A stretch of 63,784 nucleotides of DNA, the filler included, from Chiloscyllium plagiosum (lineage: Eukaryota): the NCBI RefSeq assembly GCF_004010195.1. It is 4 parts of one record of this genome, joined end to end, with 100 filler letters (N's around TTAATTAATTAA, not from the genome) between each part and the next. Parts side by side here need not be neighbours in the genome. Positions count along the whole stretch, not along the records: positions 1 to 27,217 come from NC_057715.1; positions 27,318 to 49,462 come from NC_057715.1; 2 more parts are not named here. One strand, given 5' to 3'. The translations under genes were made by a program, and so were the position numbers. The notes under the pieces were generated by a model, which was given only the letters and a program-made list of their open reading frames with translations, was not told the DNA's origin and did not search any database. Shown piece after piece: positions 24,748-36,399 of the stretch (position 1 is its first letter; the number at the start of each line of letters is the position of its first letter).

Positions 24748-25500
24748 TTTTTTAGTCATTTGTGGGAAGTGGGTATTGCTGGCTGGCCATCATTTACTGC
24801 CCATTCCTAGTTGCTCTTGAGAAAGTAATGATGAGCTTATTTCTTGAACAGCTGCAGTCCATCTAATATGGGTTGACCCACAATGCAATTAGGAAGAAAA
24901 TTCCAGGATTTGAACCCAGCGACAGTAAAGGAAAGGCAATATATTTCTAAGTCAAGATAGTGAGTGGTTTGGAGGAGTGTTTGCAGATGGTGATGTTCCC
25001 AAGTATCTGCTGCCCTTGTTCTTCTAGATGGAAGTGGTTGTGAATCTGCAAGATGCTATCTGAGGATCTTGGGTGAATTTCTGCAATTTTTCTTGTAGTT
25101 AGCACACATTGCTGCCACTGAGCGATGGCTGTGGAGGGAGTTGATGCTTGTTAATGTAATGCCAACCAAGTGTACGGCTTTGTCCTGGATGGTGTCAAGC
25201 TTCTTGAGTGTTGTTAGAGCTGCGTTTGTTCAGGCAAGTGGGGAGTATTCCATCACACTTCTGACTTGTGCCTAGATGATAGACAAGCTTTGGGGAGTTA
25301 GGAGGTGAGTTACTCTGACCTGTTCTTGTAGCCACCATGTTTATGTGGTGAGTCCAGTTGAGTTTCTGGTCAATGGTAAACCCCAGATTGTTGATAAATA
25401 GGGGATTCAGTGATTGTAACACCATCGAATGTCAAGGGGTGGTGGGTAGATTGTATTTTATTGGTAATGGTCATAGCCTGGCATTTGTGTGGCTCATATG
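24748..25500 (-). mobile_element. CR1/L2-group LINE 3' fragment
   Basis: NLGFTIDQKLNWTHHI RT motif; homologous to 16695-17215. Confidence 0.65.
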
Positions 25501-25819
25501 CTGATGGCCAAAGTCATGTGTTTGGAACTCCTTTAGAATCCTAGAAAAGTTTAATCATGTATTATTAAGTTTTGAATCAATCTGATTGCATCAGCGAAAA
25601 AAAAGCAACAAATATACAGCTGTGCCTGCCTGAATTTTAGAAGGACTTTAGTTCTTGTCTGTGTTTGTGTTTGTGAGAGTAAATAATGTTCCTGGTTTAA
25701 ATCTTGCCCCTTCAAAATTGACTTCATCTTAGCAAAAGTTTGAAAGTATAGCGCTTCATTTTCCAGAGTTAAAGCATTCTGTTTATGGACAGAAGAAAAT
25801 GAGGCTTGAAGAGTTCAGT

Positions 25820-25820
25820 T

Positions 25821-25855
<35 letters not shown>

Positions 25856-25868
25856 TTCTTTCTCCCCT
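25820..25868. repeat. (CT)n microsatellite
   Basis: Direct reading of the sequence. Confidence 0.95.
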
Positions 25869-26842
25869 CTGTCTGTAACAGCCTTTTAAAACTCAATCAG
25901 TGATTTTCATTCAGCAAATACGTGAAATCTCTTTTGCTACAAAGAATGGCTTTAGAACACTAAATTCTGCTTGTTAATATTATAGCACTGGAAAGTAAAG
26001 TTAACACAAACTAACAGCTAAGGATGACTGACACTCAGATTTGAAAATCTAATTTTGATGTTTATATGTGTTGTTCAAAAACTTTGAGTTGCTTTTTAAA
26101 CAAGACTTTCTTCACTCTTTGATTTCAATAGTCCATGCTTCATTTTGAGGTGTCTTGCACTTCTTCTTGGATAGTTGTGTATATTTATTTGTAAGAGGAG
26201 TCCACTTGAGATCAGGCTTACAAGGTGCCACCATAGGAGATCCAAATCTTTCTCCAGATATATAACCACAAAGTGATTAACAGCAGAAAAATAACATCTC
26301 AATGAGGTTAACATGTCAGCTGGCACCTGTGCTCTGTGCCAAGTGCTTAGACGTTCTTCAAGCTAACACCTGTTCCTGGACACTCTGTGTTATAGAAAAA
26401 GCTCTTGGTGAGAGTGCATTATAAGAGGCATTGAGCTCTGCCTCCATCCTTGATATCCACCTTGTAGCTTTAGATTATCTTTGGTGTGTTTTTCTCTGCA
26501 TCAAATAGATTGCATGGCAGGGCTCTGAGACGACATCCAAAAGTGTAACAGCCAAGAATTTGCCATTAGTTAGTCTTCTGAGCTGGTAGATCAGGGTCTG
26601 CACTACAGCCATCACCTGGCTTTCTTCTAAGCTACAAGTCACCCTGGATTAGTTATGTAACAGACTGGATTTTACACAGACTAACATAGCAAAAGCCTGG
26701 GTTACTTAATCTATTGGCAGCAGGAGAACCTCCTCTCATTAAATGAGTGGTTAGAAGGTACTGATGAGGGAATTCCAACCAACAGCGAGCTATCAATCAG
26801 GTCCATTAATGACAATTATTATCCTTGAGCCCATTACCCTTG

Positions 26843-27101
26843 AGCAGAGAGCGGCGGGAGCTGGGCGGAAGTTCAGGCGGAGTGCAAAGCCGGTCGGGAA
26901 GGTAAGTGATTGCTATATAAAGAACTTACCTCGACGCCAACGGTCTTTTCGCAGCAGAGAGCGGCGGGAGCTGGGCGGAAGTTCAGGCGGAGTGCAAAGC
27001 CAGTCGGGAAGGTAAGTGATTGCTATTAGAGAGGGTGAGTTCTAAACCCCAGGTCCTACAAAGTAGGGTCTCCCTCCCTCCCTCCTCCTCTAACCTAAAT
27101 T
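26843..27101 (+). promoter_or_regulatory. GC-rich tandem monomers, probable LINE (CR1) 5' UTR / internal promoter
   Basis: 74-bp unit at 26843-26916 and 26953-27026 (1 mismatch, period 110), CpG-rich, with ETS-like GGCGGAAGT and AAG|GTAAGT; assignment to a LINE 5' end is inference. Confidence 0.5.
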
Positions 27102-27217
27102 AAGAGTCCACAGACTTGCCACATAAAGAGGGTCTAAGGAAGTTTGGATCGAAGAGTGAGGCTTCAGCTCAGGAATCTTTGACAAGGAGGTTGTGTGAAG
27201 TGATTACGCCACAGTTG

Positions 27218-27317
27218 NNNNNNNNNNNNNNNNNNNNNNNNNNNNNNNNNNNNNNNNNNNNTTAATTAATTAANNNNNNNNNNNNNNNNNNNNNNNNNNN
27301 NNNNNNNNNNNNNNNNN
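27218..27317. other. Artificial scaffold spacer (N44-TTAATTAATTAA-N44)
   Basis: Six-frame-stop linker embedded in Ns; same structure at 49463-49562 and 61664-61763. Confidence 0.9.
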
Positions 27318-27399
27318 AAAGGATGGGCACTATCACTCTCAATGAGGAAGGGGCGGGAAATGAAGGTTTCCCAGATTGTTCCAAAAACTTCCTCACAGA

Positions 27400-29560
27400 C
27401 AAGCTTGTCAGTATGAACAGAATAGAAATACAGGAAGAAAGAGCTGCAAAGGAAAGAGAATTTAAAGAAACAAAGAAATAGCAAAAGGGAAACAACATTT
27501 TAGACTTCTGAAGTGGGATGGCCAGGAGAAGGCAGATTCAGGAGTGATGCAGTCAGAATGATGCATTCAGGAGGAGCAGAAAAGGAATGGGGAATAGCAG
27601 CAACGTTAGACAAGGAAATTGATAAATTGGAGACTGAGGGAAGATGCATGCCAGATAAACTGCTGCTGATAAAACTAAAAGGGCAAGAAATAGACATCAC
27701 CATCGACATTTTTATCATTTATTTCATGAGATGGGGCTGTTGTTAGCATGGCCAGCATTTTTCACTCATCTCCAATTGTCCTCGAATTGAGTATTTTAAG
27801 GCCACTTCAGAAGGCACTTTGAAGTAATTCGCAATACACATGCAGGCCAGGCCAGGTGAAGATGGTAGATATCCCCCTCTCAAGTACATTGTAGTAAATT
27901 GTAAATAAGTCATTTGATAATCACCATTACTGAGACAGCTCTTACTACTTGTATTTTAATTCCATGCGTTGCCATGGTGGGATTTCAATCCTTCTCCCCT
28001 GAGCATTGGTCCAGGTCATTAGTCCAGTGATTATCCATGCATCACCAACTCTCCTCTATGTCCATAAGCAAATATTCAGATAAGGAGATTGAGGCAACGC
28101 ATGAAAGAATTGAAGAGTAGGAAAATGGAAAATGCTATGAGATTGTTTTTTGAGATGAACAAAGTATTGTTGGAGAAGGAAGAGATGCCAAAGAAGAAGA
28201 ACTATATGGTCTTGGAAAAATAATAGAGTAAAACCGAAATCTTGTAGATTTTTACAGACAAAACAGGGTTCATGAAAACAAGTACTTGGTTTAGGCATCA
28301 TAAAGAAGACAATGTAAATGGAAAAGGTTTTGCAATATTGGAAGATTTCAACTAAACTACACAACAGTGAGACAACAATACAGGAATGATGTTAAGAAAT
28401 CAAAAGTTCAACCAGGAGCTGCTGCAGTCTCTGATCAGAATATTTTGAAAATTGTTACAGTATTTTGACTTAAGACGATCCAAGGCGGAATATACAGAAA
28501 ACAATGGAACAAGCAACAGTTTGGAGGATTTCTAAATGAAACAGAGCACTACTTACAAAAAGGAAGGGTACAACCAACATGAGTGAACAATGGAAACAGG
28601 TTAAAGAGTGTGAGAAGGGACAACCTGCTTACTGTATTTAAGACTTAAAAAATAAAAAAACCATATCTGGCTACAATATTACAAAAGATGGAAAAACAGA
28701 CCAAAATAAAAGACAACAAAACTAAAAGAAGGCAAACTGAACTTCAGAAGTTTGAATAAGAAATTAAGGAAATCAAAGAAGGTATGAGAATAATGGTCAA
28801 GAGACAAGTGTGATATACCCAAAGAATTTGATCAAATGGGATGGGTGGATATTATATATGCAAACACTCAGTTGTTCCTTCGGTGTAGTTGGAATTCCTT
28901 TGCTAACATTGTGGGTCTACCCATATCAAATGGTTTGCAGTAATCCAAGGAGGCAGTTCATTACCGCCTTCTAAAGGGCAGTCAGGAATGAGCCCTAAAT
29001 GAGCAGCTAGTGACACCCATGCTCCCTGAGTGAATAAAAGTATAAAGGACTGAAAAGCAAAGCATTACAAAATAAGGAAGGAGTTTTATTCACAAACTCG
29101 AATGAAATAAGACAGGTGGAAGCAGCATATTGCAGAACTGAAATGATTGAGCTGCAATTTTGACATTGATTTTATTGAACAAAAAATATTATCAAGAGAT
29201 AAGACCAGCAATAAATGAATTTTAAAAATGGGAAAGAAAAGGAATATTCATTGAAGGAACAGATGCAAATATTCAAGTATATCTGCAGGTGTGTATGGAA
29301 ATGACAACAAGGATAGCAATGGAAAAAGGCTGCACTTAGTACAGGTTACTGTTGCTCACCTGAAAACTGAATTATCTCAAGAGCATAACTTGTAAAGGGC
29401 TTAACTTGGAGTTTTGTTTTAAATGCATGAAAGAGTTGGATCTTACAGAAAGTGAAGAGCAACTTGCTAAACACATTTTAATTGTGCATACGGGGGAAAA
29501 TAGAAAGGATGAGATGGATAGGAAAATGTTGCTAAGGAGAATGGACAAACATTTGCTGAA
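27400..29560 (+). mobile_element. Degenerate RTE-like LINE (APE endonuclease and downstream ORF), interrupted by other repeats
   Basis: SEVGWPGEGRFRSD...HSGG and LLLIKLKG resemble the RTE endonuclease N-terminus; downstream purine-rich decayed ORF. Confidence 0.55.
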
Positions 29561-29565
29561 TTTAT

Positions 29566-29706
29566 AAGGCATTTGAATAAGTATATGAATAGGAAACGTT
29601 TGGAGGGATATAGGCCAGGAGCAGGCAGGTGGAACTAGTTTAGTTTGGGATTATATTTGGCATGGACTGGTAGGACCAAGGGGTCTGTTTCTGTGCCTAT
29701 GACTAT
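29566..29706 (+). mobile_element. CR1 3' terminal fragment
   Basis: AGGCATTTGAATAAGTATATGAATAGGAA...GGGTCTGTTTCTGTG...TATGACT. Confidence 0.8.
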
Positions 29707-30084
29707 TTAATTAGGAAATACCAGAGAGTCTGGGCAGGGTACATTTTTTAAAATAAACTAGGAAAGAGATCTTACAGAGAGAACATTTGAAGAAGGAAGC
29801 AGGAGAATTTCTGTGCTGGAAAGCTTGGAAGTTATTGGAAAATGAAAAGACTGGCAGAAGACAAAGAGACATGGGGAAGACAACAAGCCAAGAACCTGCC
29901 TTCAGGCAGAGTTCAAATGAGAACCATCAATTTATAAAGAATGTCTAACATTGTTGGACCAAAGAAAAATAATGAAACTTGGATATTGAATTAAAGAAAA
30001 GGCTATCAATGATTATACTCAATGTGCTAGCAGTGCACTCAGGTGTATTGTTAAAACTTTTACAATTTTTATATCTGATTTGAC

Positions 30085-30690
30085 CCAAAGCTGAGCTTCC
30101 AACTCCATTCACTTTGCAGCATAAATCCTGGCTACTTCTTTCTTCTGTATAACATCACTCACCTCTGCCCAGCCTGAGCCTGACAACTGCAGAAACTCTT
30201 AACCATACCTTCATTACTTCCTAACTCAATTATTCTACTGCTACCTCCCATTCTTCACTTCCTGTAAACTTCACTTCATCCAAAACTTTACTTCTCATAT
30301 TCTATGTACTTATTCATCGATACTTTGAGTCCACTGACCTACATTCATTGAATGTCATAATTTAAAATTCCGTAATAGATTAGTCCTTTTTTCCAGCTAA
30401 TTACCCTTCAGCGGAATTTATGTTCCTCTTTCCTCCAGCGTCCCTTTGCTCCTTCATGGGCCAACATGCCTGCAAACTTAAGCTCTAGAAACCTCCCCAC
30501 TCTAGCTCTCCATCTCTTCCTTTAAGTCATATCATTTAAAAAAAATCTCCTTTAACAAAGCTTTTAGCCACACCTCCAAATATCATCAGCTTTGGCATGG
30601 TATCAATTCTCATCTTATTACACTCCTGCTTAGCAATTTGGAGCATCTTTTCTATTTTATGGGCGCTATATAATTGCACGTTGCTTTTAT
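30085..30690 (+). mobile_element. old L2-like LINE fragment
   Basis: TTTGACCC...CTGAGCTTCC, GAAACTCTTAACCATACCTTCATTACTTCC and a GCTATATAAAT tail. Confidence 0.55.
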
Positions 30691-33617
30691 TGTACATTGG
30701 TGTTTTTAATGCAGTGGTCGAACACAGTGGAGCATTTTTTATCATCACTTATTCATTTGCCATTCTTTCACATAGGGCTTTGTGAATCCAATGGCTGTCA
30801 TCTTGGGACAGTGTCAGTGGTATATTTAGTGAGGAAAGCACCCAACTCACCCAGTTCTTATCTCATATTCACACGGAAATACTAATGGAGGCCATTAGAT
30901 AATAACCTAAAGCAGGAACAATCTTTCCCAATTCTGGGTTATTGTAAATAAGGACTACTGCCCCAGTTTCATTCAACCAGAAAGAATTGCGTTGCCTGTC
31001 CTTTTCTTTTCAATTTTTGGCATGACATATGGACACTTGTGTTGTGATTATGTTTGTAGATGAAGGATTGCTGCATGCTGCACTCCTAAGGGCTTCGAAA
31101 TTTACAGGATTCCTAAAAGCATACACAAGCTATGCTATTAATACGATACAGCTGGCTGGAGAGAATCATTTGTATTTTCTTGATTAGCTCCCAGTTTATG
31201 AGGCGTGCGCTTGAATGTTGTTTGGATTTCAAGCCCCTGCTGCTTAACAAACCAGGAGCATGGAAACATTTTCAGCTCACTGAGCAGCGAAGGCTCCTTT
31301 CAACCTACAGTGTAATCAAAATGTAAGCAAGGCTGGAGTGTAACTGATAGTGCAAACAAGTCAAGTATTTATTAGATACTTTCTATCCTGACATCACAGG
31401 GCCCCTGTTTCTAAGGAATAGCTGCAGAAATAGAACGTCAAACAAGAGGCCAAAGGATGAATGCTAAGGTTGGAGCTTGCAGTTGTAAGTGAGTGCTTCA
31501 GTGTCAGATGAAAATTGAAGTGAGTTGAATGGAAGAAAGTCTCATTGGTAACTGAGACTGCAAGTGTGGTGAGGCCACATGAGGAAGGCACATTTGATGA
31601 AGTGGAAACATGTGGGCGGGGGAGAGAAAAACGTGGTTTGAGAGAGCAATCTAATGATGACAGTGAATTCAGAGAAAAAAGGGAAGGTGGAACAGAGATG
31701 AAAATTATAATTAGAAAGGATTGGGATGGGGGTTGTTTTAGGCAGCTTAAGCAAGTCGTCCATCCAATTCTATATTGGGTATCTTCCAGGTAGCTGTGGT
31801 GCACAAGACACTCTGCCATATCACATCTGTTTCTTGATTGTAAAATAGATATATGAAGATCCAAGAAATTTTTTAAGCATTTATTGTTGGATCCAAAGTG
31901 TGCCAATATCATTTAAGGTGTCTCAGTGGTTAGCACTGCTGCCTCACAGCACCAGGGACCCAAGTTCAATTTCAGCCTCGGGTGACTGTGTGGAGTTTGT
32001 AGAAGAGACAAAAGATTACTTGGAAAAGAAGCAAAGCACTATGCCAACATTTGCACATAGGATGCTTTGAATGGAACTCAGAGTGGCCACATACTGAATG
32101 ATTGGATATTATGAAATAAACAAATATGACCAGAGCTCCCAAACAAATGCTTCAAAATTGCTGGCTGCAACACTTGGATTTCATGAAAATTAAATCATTT
32201 AAAAAGGGGATACACAGAAAAAATTAGTTCGCTGTTCAGTGCAAGGGTCCTCAATTTGCGTATATCGACTTATGAATGTCTGCCCTTACGAACCTGATCC
32301 TAAACAGGGGTATCATTTTAAAGATCCAACATGTGAGCAGCTATCTTATATTGTCCTGCATTGTGGTCCAATTTGTGGATAAATAACCTGGGGACTGCCT
32401 GAATTTTGCTTTCTTCAAACTGATGTTAGTATATGTAAAGTCATGGTTGCTGCAAGCGATGCTGATGGCTTATGGGCTCTTCCTGCTGAAGAGTTTCTCA
32501 AGAACAAGCATTGGGAAACATTTGTGCTGCCAAGCTGTTGACATCAAACACCAGTAAAAAGACACCTCTTTACACGAAAAAGTGGTTGAGTAAAAGGCCA
32601 AGCTGTCTCACTGATATGTGCTGAAGGGTGCCGGAGAGCTGCCAAGTGGTTTCCCTGCATATCTGCTGTGCAGGAGTTCAGATAAATAAGAGAGCTGTCA
32701 CACTGCCACTTTTGTCTTTGTGCAGCAGAACAGTCTAATCTCGCTCTGTTATTGTACATGCAATCTTCCTTTCAGCTTCACTGGCTGTGAGCCACCCATT
32801 CTCTCTCAATGAAAGATAAGTCATTCATCCTCAGCACAAACATGTATGTAAATAAAGGATGCTAATTGTTAATTGCTATTATTAATATGGTCCAACGCAG
32901 CTTTGTTTTATTCCCTTTAATTGCAACAAAAAACCCTGTAATAAAATGTTGGGCCATGACTGGGACTGATAACTGGAGGATGCACAATCAGTCGAAATAG
33001 TTGTCAGGATGCATTGTACTCGGCAGCGTCCGCTAAGACTCAACTCATTTTTTCAAATGCTTGCAGGTCTTGTCAAATGCAGTAATGTATTCTATTGTAA
33101 AACTGATGCGTTTTTTTTGCCATAAATTGCCTTAAATGTTGGATTTTTTGTTCTGCTGATTAGAACTTGTTTTGTTCAATCAGCACATTTAAACAGTATC
33201 ACTTTGTTTCCCAAATCAAATTTACATCACTGTATTCTTTTAAAAAGCAAAAGACAGAATTAACTATGTAACAGACCATAGGAAAGATTGTTGTTGCTTG
33301 CAAAGATAGCTCAGGAAAATACCACACTGACTAACAATTCTGGTTAGGTGGGATTGGAAGTTCTGGTTGGGAAGGTCCTTGACTAATTCAGTGTGATCAT
33401 AGGGAATAAAGCCCAGAAATGACTGCATTTGGCTCCATACATGAGCACATAAATTGAGGATACTTATTTACTTTAAGGCCATTAACAAAAAACATTTTAT
33501 ACATATGGTACAAGTTTGCTATTATTTGATAAGCCAATGATGTCAAAATAATCAGTATTGATGAATATCTTACATGGAGGCCAATATGACATAAGTGTGA
33601 GACCTATGGGACCCATA

Positions 33618-33950
33618 TAGAGTCATAGAGATGTACAGCATGGAAACAGACCCTTCGGTCCAACCTGTCCATGCCAACCAGATATCCCAACCCAATCTAG
33701 TCCCACCTGCCAGCACCCAGCCCATATCCCTCCAAACCCTTCTTATTCATATACCCATCCAAATACCTCTTAAATGTTGCAATTGTACCAGTCTCCACCA
33801 CTTCCTCTGGAAGCTCATTCCATACCTGTACCACTTTCTGTGTGAAAAAGTTGCCCCTTAGGTCTTTTTAATATCTTTCCCCTCTCACCCTAAACCTATG
33901 CCCTCTAGTTCTGGACTCCCTGACCACAGGGAAAAGACTTTGCATATTTA
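33618..33950 (-). mobile_element. CR1 3' fragment
   Basis: Reverse complement of the CR1 3' UTR; TAGAGTCATAGAG tail. Confidence 0.9.
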
Positions 33951-35830
33951 CCCTTGATAATGTAATAATGAGTAAGAGTAAATCAGCAATCCATTTTATA
34001 ATTTTCCAGATTTTCAATTCTATTGACTTAAGAGAGGCTAGATGGCCTACTGCTAGTCATAATGTCCTTTGCTGCTAAAAGGCAGCAAAAGGAACCACAA
34101 GACTGACGACTGTAGGAATAGTGCTGGATGTGAGCTAAAGGAGATATTTTCGCAGGACACTTCTTCTGAAATCTAAATTGTGCCGAATGCCTCAAATGTC
34201 ACATTTCCCTCAGTTGTCTCCACCTGAAGCAACATAAATCTTCCAAGAGTCATATTCAGTCTTCAAACATATCTTTTCATTTTGAATGTTGACGTATTTC
34301 TTCCAATGTTTCCCCTTAAGGACAACTACTCATATTTGTTGTGTTAAAACTTACCTGTTCTTCATCTAGATTAGTATTTCACAACACCAGCCATGACCTC
34401 AAGAAACAATAAATAGGATCGCAGATTCCCCCTTCTTGAATGCTATGCCTCCCAATGGCGCTGAAGCTTAGGTGCCATCCAGTGTTCACCTTGCTCTCCT
34501 ATTGTTGTCTGGGTCTCTCTCAAAGATGATGGACAACAATGCACCTGGTGGATGGATGGATAGGCTTTATAAATATTTTGTGTAGGCCTCAAACCCTGAA
34601 AAAGCAACTACTAGCCTGCATTTGCACCAAAAGGAACAGCAGTTAATGTGATACTCTAAGTCACAAGTCTGGGATATTAGCTAGAGGGGCACTGCAGTGG
34701 AGAACACATGTGGCCATTATCTTGTAGGGAGCATAGGGCAGCTGAGTACAGTCAAAGCCACCCTAGTCAAGGAAGCATGAGGAGACTACCGTCATGGAGT
34801 CGTTGGCCATTAGGGACTGTGAGGATTTTGATCCAAACCCACATAATGACATGAGGTAATTATATTTTTACAAAGTAGATTAAAATACAGATTTGCAGAT
34901 TTACATATATATGTGGTGATTTACAATGTGCAAACGTTAAGGACTGAATGCTACTTTATTGCTGTTTTTCTTGTGATGAATTCACATTAATTTTAAAAAA
35001 TTTAAAAAAGGGTCATGTTTCAAAAGCCATTTTGGAAGCGCTGACATGAATAATACATGGGTGAGAGTAAAATTTACTATCTCTTCATAAGAAGTTGGGA
35101 TTGAGATGGTCCTAGCTCTAATAACATTAATAAAATAGCAAGTAAGTCCTTAGAAAGATAAACCATAAGTCACATCCTTTCGTCAACTGCCTGAATGTCT
35201 GGACTCTTTTGCAACATATTTAGCAATGGGATGGTCAACATGCATGGCTGTCCTGAGAAACAGTACATTTGTCTGTGTTGACAACTAGCAATCTAACTGC
35301 TCTTGGGTATGTCTCGTCATAACTGGTAGGGGTGGCAGCAGAACAAAGACTGTCTCCTCAGTGAAATCAGCAAATCCCCACCTCATGATTTCAGTTAGTC
35401 CATGCTTGAGTCTCCAGGAACTGAAAGAGCCCATTCTACTGCGGAACTGTAGACTTCACGTCGACCATGCTTCTTACCTATGCAGGGGCATTCCTGCGGT
35501 TTCTACACCAAACTCCCCTGAAGTAAACGGTCTCTCTCACTTAGTGGAGTCTTGTGTCCAATATTGGGATTCCAGATGCTTTTTCTCCCTCCCCTCCAGG
35601 TCCGAGAAGATCAGATTTAACCTGCTGCAGGCTCTTCTCCCCATTAGCAACCCTGATGGAGCTATCCCTGTTGTTGCATGAGGGGTGGTCCTTTAATCAA
35701 TTAGGAACCAGGACAGCTTGGTAACTAGTGAAGCTGCAGGCTGTTTCTTTAAGCTTGTCTTCAAAGTCTGGACTGCTGTTTCTGCCAGACCTGATGGATG
35801 GTATGGATCTGTCCTGATACGTCAAATACC

Positions 35831-36331
35831 GAATGTAAGTTTGCTTGCTGAGTTGGAAGGTTTGTTTTTGTTTTCCGATGCTTTGTCACCATTCCAGGTA
35901 ACATCAGTGAGCCTCCAGTGAAGCACTGGTATTATGTCCTGCTTTTTACTTATGTGGTTAGGTTTCCTAGAGTTGGTAACATCAATTCCTGTATTGGTGG
36001 TGCCATTTCCTGTGTTTGTGATGTAATTTCCTTTTTCTCAGAGGTTTTTAGATGGTTTCCAAATCAATGTGTTTGTTGATAGATTTCCGGTTGGAATACC
36101 ATGCTTCTAGGAATTCTCATGCATGTCTCTACTTGGCTTGTCCTAGGATGGATATGTTGTCCCATAAACACATAAATAGAAAGCAGGACATAACACCAGC
36201 ACTTCACCAGAGGCTCACTGATGATGTTACCGAGTATGGTGATGAAACGTCTGAAAACGAACCTTTCAACTCAGTGAGCAAACTTACATCCAGAACCTCA
36301 ACCTGTGCTACAAATCTTCTCAAAACTTGCT
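35831..36331. mobile_element. PLE insertion with inverted pLTR arms (Poseidon-like family)
   Basis: 35831-35945 is the reverse complement of ~36180-36290; minus-strand GIY-YIG C-terminus (REFLEAWYS) at 36060-36160; hammerhead motif in both arms. Confidence 0.8.
36215..36254 (+). ncRNA. Type I hammerhead ribozyme motif
   Basis: TCA-CTGATGA-T-GTTACC-GAGTAT-GGTGAT-GAAACGTC-TGA: intact core, stem I TCA/TGA, GUC triplet. Confidence 0.8.
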
Positions 36332-36399
36332 AATGTCAAACAACATTTGACTTTAGGAAATATGCAAATTTCCTGCTGCTAAATGATGGCCCATTATCT

